64,000 nt of DNA from an uncultured Arcobacter sp. (GTDB lineage Bacteria > Campylobacterota > Campylobacteria > Campylobacterales > Arcobacteraceae), in NCBI GenBank assembly GCA_965140705.1, contig OZ223301.1, positions 64,001 through 128,000 of the forward strand, written 5' to 3'. The position numbers and the translations under genes are program-made. The notes below the pieces were generated by a model. It had not been told where the DNA came from, made no database searches, and saw only the letters and a program-made list of their open reading frames with translations. Position 1 is the stretch's first letter, and each line of letters opens with the position of its first letter. Positions 1 to 10,467 of the stretch are shown piece by piece.

Positions 1-201
1 GTCATTGTCTATTAAAGCCACAAATTTCCTTTTTGAGAATTATACAATTTTTACTATAAATAAGCTTTAAATAACACAAAAAATAAGATTACTTTAAGAA
101 AATTATGCAATAATAAACACATGATATGTAAAAAATTAACATATTTTATGTAAATTTAAGACATATTATTTGAAAAATAAATACAAGAAAAGGTAAAGTT
201 T

Positions 202-702
202 ATGTCATCATATAATATTATGATAAGAAAACCAGAAAAATCTGATGCAATCCAAATTTATGATTTGGTAAAAGAGAGTAAGGTTTTAGATTTAAATTCT
301 GAGTACCTTTATTTACTTCAATCAACACATTTTTCATCAACTTGTGCAGTTGCATTACATGAAGATAAAGTTATAGGTTTTGTATCTGGATATTTAAAAC
401 CAGATGAAAATAACAGTTTATTCATATGGCAAGTTGCTGTTGATGGAAAATATAGAGGAAATGATATAGCAGGTCGACTAATCATGAATATAATTAAGAG
501 AGATTTTTTAGATGTTGAAAAAATCTATACAACAGTGTCACCTAGCAATATATCATCAATAAAGGTTTTTGAAAAAGTTGCCAAAGGGCTAAATGCAAAA
601 ATGACTAGTAGTACATTTTTTGAAAAAAATGATTTTAAAAATAGTCATGAAGATGAGACTCTATATGAAATAGGGCCGTTTAAAATAAAGGAAAAAAAAT
701 AA
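202..702 (+). CDS. ectA: L-2,4-diaminobutyrate acetyltransferase
   Basis: GNAT fold with LDLNS.Y.YLL and LFIWQVAV motifs; first gene of the ect operon. Confidence 0.95.
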   Translation: MSSYNIMIRKPEKSDAIQIYDLVKESKVLDLNSEYLYLLQSTHFSSTCAVALHEDKVIGFVSGYLKPDENNSLFIWQVAVDGKYRGNDIAGRLIMNIIKRDFLDVEKIYTTVSPSNISSIKVFEKVAKGLNAKMTSSTFFEKNDFKNSHEDETLYEIGPFKIKEKK

Positions 703-1982
703 TGAGAATATTCGAAAATTTAGAATCAGAAGTAAGAGGATATATAAGGAGCTTTCCAACAATATTTGAAACTTCAAAAGGAGCTGTTTTAACTAATGAA
801 CAAGGTGAAGACTTTATTGATTTTTTTGCAGGAGCTGGAACTTTAAATTATGGACATAATAATGAGCATATTAGTAAAGCTTTAATTGAATATATCCAAA
901 AAGATGGTGTTGTTCATGGGCTTGATATGGCAACAAGTGCAAAAAAAGATTTTTTACAAACATTTAATGACACAATCTTAGTACCTAGAAACTTAGATTA
1001 CAAAATTCAATTTACAGGACCAACAGGAACAAATGCAGTAGAAACTGCACTTAAGCTTGCAAGACTTGTAAAGGGACGAAGTAATGTTGTCTCATTTACA
1101 AATGGTTTCCATGGCCTTACTCAAGGTTCATCTTCAGTAACAGGAAATAATGATTATAGAGATGAGAGTTATATTAGTAGATCAAATGTAACCTTTATGC
1201 CATTTGATGGATATTTTGGAGATATGAATACTATGGCTATTTTTAGAAAGTTTTTAGAAGATAGTAGTAGTGGTCTTGATATTCCAGCTGCTGTAATTGT
1301 TGAAACTATTCAAGGTGAAGGTGGGATTAATGTAGCTAGTAAAGAGTGGTTGCAAGAACTTGAATCTATTTGTAGAGAGTATGATATTTTATTAATCATT
1401 GATGATATTCAAGTTGGAAATGGAAGAACTGGTGAATTTTTCTCATTTGAATTTGCAGGAATTAATCCTGATATTGTAACTGTATCAAAATCTATTGGTG
1501 GTGGATTACCAATGGCAATTGTATTATTAAAACCAGATTTAGACCAATGGAAACCAGGTGAACATACAGGTACATTTAGAGGAAACAATTTAGCCTTTGT
1601 AGCTGCTACAGTTGCGATTTCACACTATTGGCAAAATGATGATTTATCAAATGCAGTTAAATATAAAGAAAAAATATTAAAAGAGAGTTTAGAAAAAATA
1701 GCAGATAAGTATAAAGACACCTTTGATATTGTAATTAGAGGTAGAGGTTTAGCTTATGGATTTGAAATAAAAGGTGACAATTCAGTTGCTGGTGAAATTT
1801 CAAAATATGCATTTGAAGAAAAACTAATTATTGAAACTTGTGGTAGTGAAGATCAAGTTGTAAAATTCTTACCACCATTAATTGTTGATGAAGAGACATT
1901 AATTGAAGGTTTAAAAAGACTTGAAACAGCTATATCGAGATTAGTAACAGACAAAAAAGAAAAATTAACAGAGGAATTTTAA
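702..1982 (+). CDS. ectB: Diaminobutyrate-2-oxoglutarate transaminase
   Basis: [47 protein letters not shown]; class III aminotransferase. Confidence 0.97.
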   Translation: MRIFENLESEVRGYIRSFPTIFETSKGAVLTNEQGEDFIDFFAGAGTLNYGHNNEHISKALIEYIQKDGVVHGLDMATSAKKDFLQTFNDTILVPRNLDYKIQFTGPTGTNAVETALKLARLVKGRSNVVSFTNGFHGLTQGSSSVTGNNDYRDESYISRSNVTFMPFDGYFGDMNTMAIFRKFLEDSSSGLDIPAAVIVETIQGEGGINVASKEWLQELESICREYDILLIIDDIQVGNGRTGEFFSFEFAGINPDIVTVSKSIGGGLPMAIVLLKPDLDQWKPGEHTGTFRGNNLAFVAATVAISHYWQNDDLSNAVKYKEKILKESLEKIADKYKDTFDIVIRGRGLAYGFEIKGDNSVAGEISKYAFEEKLIIETCGSEDQVVKFLPPLIVDEETLIEGLKRLETAISRLVTDKKEKLTEEF

Positions 1983-1984
1983 AA

Positions 1985-2380
1985 ATGATTGTATTAGATA
2001 TAAATAAAGATGTTATAGGAACACAAAAAGAAGTTCATGCAGAAGAGGGACAATGGGTTAGTAGAAGAATGCTTCTAAAAGATGATAATATGGGATTTTC
2101 ATTCCATGAAACTATCATAAAAGCAAATACAAAAACTCATATTCACTATCAAAACCATCTTGAAGCTGTTTATTGTGTAGCTGGAAATGGGAAAATAGAA
2201 GATTTAAAAACTGGAAAAGTTCATGAAATTTATGATGGTGTAATGTATGCTTTAAATGAACATGATGACCATAATTTATATGGTGGAACAGAAGATATGA
2301 GACTTATTTGTGTATTTAATCCTCCTATTAAAGGAACAGAAAACCATGATGAAAATGGAGTTTACCCATTAGAAGACTAA
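1985..2380 (+). CDS. ectC: L-ectoine synthase
   Basis: W.SRR.LL, GFSFHET, HLEAVYC, CVFNPP..G.E.H motifs. Confidence 0.97.
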   Translation: MIVLDINKDVIGTQKEVHAEEGQWVSRRMLLKDDNMGFSFHETIIKANTKTHIHYQNHLEAVYCVAGNGKIEDLKTGKVHEIYDGVMYALNEHDDHNLYGGTEDMRLICVFNPPIKGTENHDENGVYPLED

Positions 2381-2396
2381 TAAGAGGAGAAAATAA

Positions 2397-3284
2397 ATGC
2401 AGGATTTATATCCATCAAGACTAAATGAAGAAAAAATTATACCAAGAGTTGATAAAACCGTTTATAGTAAAAAACAACAAGGTGAATACTCTTTAAATAA
2501 TATTGAGTTAGATGAGTATGATAAGAATGGATTTATTGCATTTCCAAATATTTTTAAAGAAGATGAAATTGAACAAATGATGCAAGAAATTGATTTGATG
2601 GCTGAAAATAGTGATTTGATTAAAAATGAAGAGTTTATTTGTGAGCCAACAAGTAATAAACTAAGAACAATATTTAATCAACATCTTTTTAGTACTCTTT
2701 TTGAGAAACTTTCAAAAGACCCTCGAATCTTAAATAAAGTTAAGCAAATTTTAGGAAGTGATGTTTATATTCATCATAGTAGGATTAATATAAAACCAGC
2801 TTATCAAGGTAAATCTTTTCCTTGGCATAGTGATTTTGAAACTTGGCACACAGAAGATGGTTTGCCAAATTGCAGATGTTTGAGTGCTTGGGTTATGTTA
2901 AATGATAATACGGAATTTAATGGGCCTTTATATTTAATTCCTAAGAGTCACAAAAAATATGTTTCTTGCAAAGGGAAAACACCAGAAGATAATTATAAAA
3001 AATCTTTAAAAAAACAAGAGTATGGTGTACCTAGCTTAAATGCAATTAAACAATTAGTCAAAGATAGTAATATTGTAGGTGCATATGGAAAAGCTGGAAC
3101 ACTTGTGATTCATGATGGAAATATCATGCATGGAAGTTGTGATAATATATCTCCATACAGTAGAACTAATGCATTTTTTGTTTTTAATTCAGTAGAAAAT
3201 ATTCCAACAAAACCTTTTGGGGCTAAAAGCAATAGGGCTTCATTTTTAGCATTAAAAGATTATGAACCAATAAAAAGTAACTAA
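2397..3284 (+). CDS. ectD: Ectoine hydroxylase
   Basis: Signature FPWHSDFETWHTEDGLP; N-terminal DLYPSR. Confidence 0.97.
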   Translation: MQDLYPSRLNEEKIIPRVDKTVYSKKQQGEYSLNNIELDEYDKNGFIAFPNIFKEDEIEQMMQEIDLMAENSDLIKNEEFICEPTSNKLRTIFNQHLFSTLFEKLSKDPRILNKVKQILGSDVYIHHSRINIKPAYQGKSFPWHSDFETWHTEDGLPNCRCLSAWVMLNDNTEFNGPLYLIPKSHKKYVSCKGKTPEDNYKKSLKKQEYGVPSLNAIKQLVKDSNIVGAYGKAGTLVIHDGNIMHGSCDNISPYSRTNAFFVFNSVENIPTKPFGAKSNRASFLALKDYEPIKSN

Positions 3285-3295
3285 TAAGGTAATAA

Positions 3296-4675
3296 ATGAG
3301 TATGAAAGTATGTAAATTTGGAGGTAGTTCAGTAAAAGATGCCTCCCAAATAAAAAAAGTCTTAGATATCGTAAAAGAAGATGATGGTAGAAAAATAATT
3401 GTAGTTTCTGCACCAGGTAGAGATGATAATTTTGATGAAAAAATAACTGACCACCTATTAAATGTATCAACTTCAGGTAAATATTTTGAAGAACATTTTA
3501 TAAATATAAGTAAGAAACAAAGTTATGATGCAATCATAGATAAATATAGAAGATTATGTAGTGATTTAAATGTAAAAGGTGAGGATTTAATAAAATCCTT
3601 GGAAAAAGATTTAACAAATACAACACTAAAAGATGAAAAAAAAGAAGCTTTTTTCTTATCAAGAGGTGAACATTATAATGCAAAAATAATACAAAGATAT
3701 TTTTCAAATGAGGGCTTAAATATAAAACTTATGTTGCCAGAAGAGTTTGGATTTATATTAAGTGATGATTTTAGAGATGGAAAAGTACAAAAAGTAACTT
3801 ATAAAAATATTGAAGAAAAATTTGACACTACAAAAGATACTAAATACTTAGTTCCTGGATTTTATGGTGTAACAGAAAATAATGAAATAGCAGTTATGAG
3901 TAGGGGTGGAAGTGATTTAACGGGTGGAGAACTAGCCTATGCCCTTGATGCTAATAAGTATGAAAACTGGACAGATACGAATGGTGTTTATGAAGTAGAT
4001 CCAAGGGTTATCAGTGGTTCAAAGGTAATACCAAGACTTACCTTTAAAGAGTTAAGACTACTTAGTTCAAAGGGTTTTAATGTATTTCACTTTAATGCAA
4101 TGTTAAATTGTAAAAAAAGCAAAATTCCAATTAATATTAGAAATACAAATAATAAAGAACATTGTGGAACTATGATTTTAAGTGAAAGAGTTCCTATGGA
4201 AGATTTAGTAGGAATTGCAAAGCTTGACAATATGGCATCAATTTATCTTCAAAAAGATATGTTAGCCGATGAGATAGGATTTACTGCGGAGTTATTAAAG
4301 ATATTTAGTGAGTTTGGAGTTAATACTTATCATTATCCAACAGATAGAGATGATATCTCCATATTAGTGGAACAAGAAGATTTAAAAGGTAAGATAAATA
4401 ACTTAAGAAGAGAGATAGAAAAAAGACTAAAAACTGATAATATTATTGTCTCTTATAATTTATGTGTAATTACATTAGTTGGAATCGGACTAAAAGAAAA
4501 TACTTTTGCAATCGTAGATGCCATCAATGCTCTAAAAGAGAATAATATAAGTTTTGATATGCTTGATATGAGTCCCTCTAAGATTTCACTTCATATTGGA
4601 GTTTCTCAAAATATTGCAAATAATGCACTTGAAACACTTTATGAAAGTTTATTACAAAAAGAAGAGTGTTTATAA
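3296..4675 (+). CDS. ask: Aspartate kinase, last gene of the ect operon
   Basis: KFGGSS, VVSAPG, SRGGSDLTG, NWTD..GVY..DPR; two C-terminal ACT-like domains. Confidence 0.92.
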   Translation: MSMKVCKFGGSSVKDASQIKKVLDIVKEDDGRKIIVVSAPGRDDNFDEKITDHLLNVSTSGKYFEEHFINISKKQSYDAIIDKYRRLCSDLNVKGEDLIKSLEKDLTNTTLKDEKKEAFFLSRGEHYNAKIIQRYFSNEGLNIKLMLPEEFGFILSDDFRDGKVQKVTYKNIEEKFDTTKDTKYLVPGFYGVTENNEIAVMSRGGSDLTGGELAYALDANKYENWTDTNGVYEVDPRVISGSKVIPRLTFKELRLLSSKGFNVFHFNAMLNCKKSKIPINIRNTNNKEHCGTMILSERVPMEDLVGIAKLDNMASIYLQKDMLADEIGFTAELLKIFSEFGVNTYHYPTDRDDISILVEQEDLKGKINNLRREIEKRLKTDNIIVSYNLCVITLVGIGLKENTFAIVDAINALKENNISFDMLDMSPSKISLHIGVSQNIANNALETLYESLLQKEECL

Positions 4676-4687
4676 ACTTCTTCTTTT

Positions 4688-5323
4688 TTAAATTAAGTCT
4701 TGTAAAAATTTAATTTCTTTGAAATGATTTGTATAAAAAGGAAGTGATACTTCCTCAAAACTATCTATATCTTTATAAAGATTTATATACCAATCAAAGT
4801 CAATATCTTTATTTTTCAAGGCTTCTTGTGATAGTAAAGTATCATTTATACCTCCTAATTTACTAGGACAAATTAAGGCTACTTTAGTATCAAGTTTTTT
4901 TATTAAATCTAACATAAAAAAATCTTCTAAAATAGGTACCATTAACCCTCCAGCTCCCTCTATAATCAAAATATCACAAAGTTTTTCAAGCTCTTTTTTT
5001 CTTTTTATTATAAATTCAATATCAATATTTTTTTCTTTTTTAGCAACATAAGGTGCGGCTGGTAGTTCAAATTGGTAAGGTACTACAAAATCTATATCAA
5101 CATTAAAATCTGGATTTAAACTTTTTGTTAATTTTAGCATAGAAAGCCCATCAATAGGTTTATCAATAACTCCTGTCTCAATAGGCTTATAATATCCAAC
5201 CTTTAATCCATCTTTTGTAAATCTTTTTAAAAATACAGATGCAGCATAAGTTTTACCAACATCTGTATTAGTTGCACTTATAAATAAGCTTTGATTTGAA
5301 ACGTAATTTTTCTTTTTTATCAT
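4688..5323 (-). CDS. bioD: Dethiobiotin synthase
   Basis: ATNTDVGKT P-loop, YKPIETG, IEGAGGLMVP. Confidence 0.95.
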   Translation of the reverse strand: MIKKKNYVSNQSLFISATNTDVGKTYAASVFLKRFTKDGLKVGYYKPIETGVIDKPIDGLSMLKLTKSLNPDFNVDIDFVVPYQFELPAAPYVAKKEKNIDIEFIIKRKKELEKLCDILIIEGAGGLMVPILEDFFMLDLIKKLDTKVALICPSKLGGINDTLLSQEALKNKDIDFDWYINLYKDIDSFEEVSLPFYTNHFKEIKFLQDLI

Positions 5324-5378
5324 TGTAAATTCTTTTTTGGTATAATATTATTTGATTTTATCCTAAAAGGTTTTAATT

Positions 5379-5678
5379 TTGGCAAATGAGTTTGAAATAG
5401 AGTTAAATGACGATTTAGAAGTGCAAGAACCAAAAAAGTATAAAGTGTTATTATTAAATGACAACTATTCTACTATGGATTTTGTAATTGATATACTTGT
5501 AAAGATTTTTAAAAAAACAACAGATGAAGCTACTGTTATAATGTTAAATATTCATAATAACGGAAAAGAAGTCTGTGGAACATATACCCATGAAATAGCT
5601 TCTACAAAAGTCATGCAAGTAAAAAATTTAGCTAGACAAAAGGGATTTCCTTTAAAAGCGATAATGGAAGAAGAGTAA
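5379..5678 (+). CDS. clpS: ClpS N-degron adaptor
   Basis: YKVLLLNDNYSTMDFV, IMLNIH..G; directly upstream of clpA. Confidence 0.95.
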   Translation: MANEFEIELNDDLEVQEPKKYKVLLLNDNYSTMDFVIDILVKIFKKTTDEATVIMLNIHNNGKEVCGTYTHEIASTKVMQVKNLARQKGFPLKAIMEEE

Positions 5679-5681
5679 ATT

Positions 5682-7913
5682 ATGATAAGTAAAGAATTAA
5701 GAGAGATATTTGCACAAGCAGTATCTTATGCTAAAAGTAGTAAACACGAGTATTTGACATTAGAACATATTTTTTTAATGTTACTAAATGATGAATTTAT
5801 ATCAAGTATGTTGAATGACTTAGGGCTAGATACTAATAAAATATTTAATGATACAAAATCACACATTGAAGTAAGTACCCCAAGACTTCCTGATAATGTA
5901 AATGATGAGCCAATAGAAACAACAACATTAACCTCAGTTATTGAACATATGGTTGCTCACACACAAACTTCAGGAAAAGGGTTTGCAAGTGTTGATGATA
6001 TGTTTATAGCAATTTTAAAAAATGAAAAATCTTATGCAACTTTTGCCTTAAAAAGTCAAGGAATTGAAAGAATTGATATCCTAGAAGAGATAGCTCACAG
6101 GGATGTTGAAGTAGATGTTCAAGATGAGAATTTTGATGAGGAAAAAAGATTAAACAAAAAAAATGAAATTTTAGAAAATAATGCAACTGAATTAGTAGCA
6201 ATTGCAAAAAAAGGTGAAATAGATCCAGTTATTGGAAGAGATAGAGAAATTCACAGAGTTATACAAGTTTTAAGTAGAAGAAAGAAAAATAATCCAATTT
6301 TAGTAGGAGAACCAGGTGTTGGGAAAACTGCTATTGCTGAAGGATTAGCTTTAGAAATTGCAAATCAAAAAGTACCTTCTATTTTAAAAGATTCAAAAGT
6401 ATTTTCTCTTGATATGGGATCTATGTTAGCAGGTACTAAATATAGAGGGGATTTTGAGAAAAAGTTAAAAACTCTTTTAAAAGAGATAAGTAAAATCCCT
6501 AATGCAATTTTATTTATAGATGAAATACATACTTTAGTAGGTGCTGGAAGTGTTGGCGGTGGAGCGATGGATGCTTCAAATATTTTAAAACCAATGCTTT
6601 CAAATGGAAAACTAAGATGTATTGGAGCAACTACTTTTGCAGAGTTTAGAAACGACTTTTCAAAAGATAAAGCACTTAGTAGAAGATTTGCAAAAGTTGA
6701 TGTAAGTGAACCAAGTAGTGAAGATTGTGTTGCTATTTTAGATGGGCTTAAATCAAAATATGAAGAGTTTCATAATGTAAAATTTAATAAAAAATCTTTA
6801 GAAGTAGCAGTAGAATTAAGTAAAAAATATATCAATGATAGATTTTTACCTGATAGTGCAATTGATGTTATTGATGAGGTTGCAGCTACTAAGAAATTGC
6901 AGTTAAATGCAGATGGTAAAAAGAAAAAACCTATAAATATTACTGCAACTGATATCGAAAACACTGTTTCACTTATGGCAAATATTCCACCAAAATCAGC
7001 AACAAAATCTGATTTGACTCTTTTAAGAAGTTTAGAAAAAAATATGCAAAAAAGAGTTTTTGGTCAAAATGATGCAATTGTTTCTATTGTAAAATCTATA
7101 AAAATCAATAGAGCAGGGCTTGGTGGAGAGTCAAAACCAGTTGGAAGTTTTCTTTTTACAGGACCTACAGGTGTTGGTAAAACTGAAGTTGCAAAAGAGT
7201 TATCAAGTCAATTAGGTGTTCATTTTGAAAGATTTGATATGAGTGAATATATGGAAGCTCATACTGTCTCAAGATTGATTGGGGCACCTGCTGGATATGT
7301 TGGATTTGAGCAAGGTGGTCTTTTAACAGAAGCCATTAGAAAACATCCTCACTGTGTATTATTACTTGATGAAATAGAAAAAGCTCATCCTGATTTGATG
7401 TCAATTTTACTTCAAGTTATGGATAATGCAGAATTAACTGATAATAGTGGGAATAAAGCAGACTTCCAAAATGTAATTTTAATAATGACTTCAAACTTAG
7501 GTTCTTCAGAAGCCAATGTAATGGGATTTGCTAAGGATGATTCTTTAAATGAAAATAAAGCAATTAAAAAATTCTTTGCACCCGAATTTAGAAATAGACT
7601 TGATAATATTGTAACTTTTCAGCCACTTACTTTAGATATTGTTGCAAAAGTTGTAGGTAAATTTATTGATGATATGAAAGATCAAATCAAAGATAAGGAT
7701 ATTGATATAGTTTTAAGTGCAAAAGCTAAAAAAGAGTTAGCAAGACTTGGTTATGATAAAGATATGGGTGCTAGACCACTTAATAGAGTTATATCTCGTG
7801 AGATAAAAGATAAAATTACAGATGAAATTTTATTTGGTAAACTAAAAAATGGTGGTTCGGTTAAAGTTGATTTTGTAAAAGATGAGTTTAAATTTGATTA
7901 TAAAGAGTTATAA
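5682..7913 (+). CDS. clpA: ATP-dependent Clp protease ATPase subunit ClpA
   Basis: Clp N-domain, two AAA+ modules (GEPGVGKT, GPTGVGKT), no ClpB M-domain, VMGF ClpP-docking loop. Confidence 0.95.
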   Translation: MISKELREIFAQAVSYAKSSKHEYLTLEHIFLMLLNDEFISSMLNDLGLDTNKIFNDTKSHIEVSTPRLPDNVNDEPIETTTLTSVIEHMVAHTQTSGKGFASVDDMFIAILKNEKSYATFALKSQGIERIDILEEIAHRDVEVDVQDENFDEEKRLNKKNEILENNATELVAIAKKGEIDPVIGRDREIHRVIQVLSRRKKNNPILVGEPGVGKTAIAEGLALEIANQKVPSILKDSKVFSLDMGSMLAGTKYRGDFEKKLKTLLKEISKIPNAILFIDEIHTLVGAGSVGGGAMDASNILKPMLSNGKLRCIGATTFAEFRNDFSKDKALSRRFAKVDVSEPSSEDCVAILDGLKSKYEEFHNVKFNKKSLEVAVELSKKYINDRFLPDSAIDVIDEVAATKKLQLNADGKKKKPINITATDIENTVSLMANIPPKSATKSDLTLLRSLEKNMQKRVFGQNDAIVSIVKSIKINRAGLGGESKPVGSFLFTGPTGVGKTEVAKELSSQLGVHFERFDMSEYMEAHTVSRLIGAPAGYVGFEQGGLLTEAIRKHPHCVLLLDEIEKAHPDLMSILLQVMDNAELTDNSGNKADFQNVILIMTSNLGSSEANVMGFAKDDSLNENKAIKKFFAPEFRNRLDNIVTFQPLTLDIVAKVVGKFIDDMKDQIKDKDIDIVLSAKAKKELARLGYDKDMGARPLNRVISREIKDKITDEILFGKLKNGGSVKVDFVKDEFKFDYKEL

Positions 7914-7926
7914 AATGGAGATAAAT

Positions 7927-8544
7927 ATGAAAAAAGTTTTATTAGGTTCTGTTGTTGCGTTATTTATATTTGCAGGTTGTAATGAAAGTAGTGAAGAGAC
8001 TCAAAAGGTACAAAAAGTTGAAAAAACAAGTGAACAAACAACAAATGTTAATGATACTAAAAAGAATATCGAAATTATAAAAGAAAAAAGCAATGATATA
8101 ATTAATTCTAGTAAAGAGATTGCAAAGGCTGTAAAAGAAGAGACTTTAAAAGCGGTTGATGATTCAAAAGATGCAACAAAAGATGCAATAGCAAAAGCTA
8201 AAGAAGTTAGTGTTAGTGTGGTAAAAAAAGCAAATGATACTGCAAAGGATATTACTAAAAGTATAGATAATGCTATTTCAAGTGAAGATAAAAGTGATGA
8301 AAAAGCTAAAGCCTTATTTGTAAAATGTGCTGGTTGTCATGGGAAAAATGGAGAAGTTCATGCCCTTGGAAAATCACAAAAAATAGGTGAGTGGGATGAA
8401 AGTAAAATAGAAAATGCACTTTTAGGTTATAAAAATGGAACTTATGGTGGTGATATGAAAGGCATAATGAAAGGTCAAGTTATGCAATTAAGTGAAGCTG
8501 ATATAAAAATTTTGGCTAAGTATATTTCAAAAATAGGAAAATAA
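7927..8544 (+). CDS. Lipoprotein c-type cytochrome (c553-like C-terminal domain)
   Basis: Likely start at MKKVLL (7927); lipobox FAGC; K/E/A-rich linker; CAGCHG heme motif with distal Met (MKGIM). Confidence 0.85.
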   Translation: MKKVLLGSVVALFIFAGCNESSEETQKVQKVEKTSEQTTNVNDTKKNIEIIKEKSNDIINSSKEIAKAVKEETLKAVDDSKDATKDAIAKAKEVSVSVVKKANDTAKDITKSIDNAISSEDKSDEKAKALFVKCAGCHGKNGEVHALGKSQKIGEWDESKIENALLGYKNGTYGGDMKGIMKGQVMQLSEADIKILAKYISKIGK

Positions 8545-9284
8545 TGATTAAAAAGATTGATATAAATAGTGATGAGTTTCAAACAACATTTGAATTAACA
8601 AAACAGTTTACAGATAAAGTTTGTGAAGAGTATGGATTTGTTTATAATCCAGAAGATGATGTGAATGAATCTATTCAAATGGGTTTGACTAGAAATAAAC
8701 TTATATATGATAAGAGATATTGTCCATGTTTTATGGTAATAGGGGAAACTCAAGAAGAGAAAGATAAAGCTGATAATAGACTTTGTCCCTGTACACCAGC
8801 TCTTGAAAAAGAGATTCCTTCACAAGGTCATTGTCACTGTGGTATTTTTTGTACAAAAGAGTATGCTGATTCTTTAAATAGTAGTACAAAAGAAAAAGAA
8901 GAAGTTGTCCATTCTAAAGGTTTTACAAAAGAAGAGTGTGAAAATATCTTAAAAAAATCTCAAATAAGTGCAAGTGAAGTTGAAGCTTTATTGGAAGCTA
9001 GAGAATTAGGTTTTATTAACTTTAATTTAGTTGATGTAAGAGAGTGGATGGAGTGGGCAGGTCACAGAATAAAAGGGACTGACTTTTTAGTTCCAACAAC
9101 ATCTTTCTATCAATCAATAGAGGTACTTGAAGATAAAAAGGATATTCCAGTAGTAGTTTATTGTCATAGTGGAAGTAGAAGTGCTTATTGCCAAAATATT
9201 ATGTTAAGTGCTGGATTTAAAAGTGTGTGTAATTTGGATTATGGAATCATGACTTATCAAGGTGAATTGGTTTCAGGTGAATAA
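8544..9284 (+). CDS. Ferredoxin:thioredoxin reductase catalytic-type domain fused to rhodanese
   Basis: CPC...CPC...CHC motifs in the N-half; DVRE..EW...I.G and CHSGSRS rhodanese loop in the C-half. Confidence 0.85.
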   Translation: MIKKIDINSDEFQTTFELTKQFTDKVCEEYGFVYNPEDDVNESIQMGLTRNKLIYDKRYCPCFMVIGETQEEKDKADNRLCPCTPALEKEIPSQGHCHCGIFCTKEYADSLNSSTKEKEEVVHSKGFTKEECENILKKSQISASEVEALLEARELGFINFNLVDVREWMEWAGHRIKGTDFLVPTTSFYQSIEVLEDKKDIPVVVYCHSGSRSAYCQNIMLSAGFKSVCNLDYGIMTYQGELVSGE

Positions 9285-9376
9285 AAAACAAAGAATATAT
9301 TTTTTATATTTCTTAAAATTAGTATAAATGCATTCTTAATAAAATTTTAATCAAAAATAAAATTCTTATAAATCCC

Positions 9377-9402
9377 ATTTCTAGGCTTTTTCGCCTAGAA
9401 AT
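9377..9402. terminator. Stem-loop, probable terminator
   Basis: Perfect 10-bp inverted repeat ATTTCTAGGC/GCCTAGAAAT. Confidence 0.55.
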
Positions 9403-9463
9403 AATCTAATCAGATTAAATAATCCCAAAAGTAATTTTTTAAATTCATAAATTTTTCTAAAAA

Positions 9464-9492
9464 TTGACATCAATATTTTTGTATAATATAGT
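9464..9492 (+). promoter_or_regulatory. sigma70-like promoter of the J-domain/LRR pair
   Basis: TTGACA-17 nt-TATAGT; the -35 lies inside the palindrome ATTGACATCAAT; a TATAAT is also present at 9482. Confidence 0.5.
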
Positions 9493-9517
9493 GTAATAAT
9501 AAAGATTTAAGGCTACT

Positions 9518-10456
9518 ATGAAAGAGATTTTAAAGAGATTGGAAATCATTAAAAGTTGTATTGCTATTGAAGATGAAGAGAGTCTTTATCCCCAAGTGCA
9601 TAGACTTTACTCTTTAAAAATTGATGGAAAAGTAAAAAAAATATTAAAACTTATTGAAGAGACAAATTTTCAAGAAGTGATATCCTTGATTGATCAATAT
9701 TTAGGTCAATTTTCTAGTTTAGTAGTACATGAAGATAAAGAGATTCAAGGATTAAAACTAGAGTTGAAAGTTTTAGAAAAAGAACTTTTAGCTCTAAGTT
9801 GTAAGATTGAAGAGTATCACAATAAAATAAATGATTTCAATAGTAGATACCATAAAGAAGTTGGTGTACTAATAGAAGAAATACTTATTTTAAGAGAAGA
9901 ATATTTTGAATTTATGTATAAAAAAGATGGCAAAAAATATGAGTATCAATATTTTGAAGCAAAAAAGGACTTTGAAAACTTCCATGAAGAGGTGAAAAAG
10001 TTTAAACTAGATGATCCATATGAGCTTACAAAATTAGAAAAAACTGAACTTAAAAGGCTTTATAGAAAAGCTAGTAGATTGTGTCATCCAGATATCATTG
10101 AAGATGCTAAAAAAGATAAAGCAGAAGAGATTTTTAAAGAACTTAACTCTGCGTATCAACAAAACAACCTAAAGAAAGTATCTAGAATATTAAACAATCT
10201 TTTAAATGGAGAAAGCTTTTCATGTGAGTCAGATACTCTATTTGACAAAAATATTTTAAAAAATAAAATTGAATTAGCTAGGGAAAAAATAAAATTAGCT
10301 AAAACAGAAATTGAAATTATTAAAAAAGATGAAACTTTTAGGTTAATAAATAAAATTGATAATTTAGATGAATATATTTATGAAATGAAACAAGAGTTAA
10401 AAGAAGAGAAAGAGAACTTAGTTGCTAAAATGCGCCAATATTCAACAACAATATAA
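9518..10456 (+). CDS. Coiled-coil protein with internal J-domain (class C JDP-like)
   Basis: LKRLYRKASRLCHPD...AEEIFKELNSAY J-domain with HPD motif, flanked by coiled coils. Confidence 0.8.
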   Translation: MKEILKRLEIIKSCIAIEDEESLYPQVHRLYSLKIDGKVKKILKLIEETNFQEVISLIDQYLGQFSSLVVHEDKEIQGLKLELKVLEKELLALSCKIEEYHNKINDFNSRYHKEVGVLIEEILILREEYFEFMYKKDGKKYEYQYFEAKKDFENFHEEVKKFKLDDPYELTKLEKTELKRLYRKASRLCHPDIIEDAKKDKAEEIFKELNSAYQQNNLKKVSRILNNLLNGESFSCESDTLFDKNILKNKIELAREKIKLAKTEIEIIKKDETFRLINKIDNLDEYIYEMKQELKEEKENLVAKMRQYSTTI

Positions 10457-10467
10457 AAAGAGTAAAT

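Noticed and set aside
1..21. Possible start of a minus-strand gene (GTG GCT TTA ATA GAC...) after an AAAGGA RBS
   Set aside because: Only seven codons are visible, too few to assign
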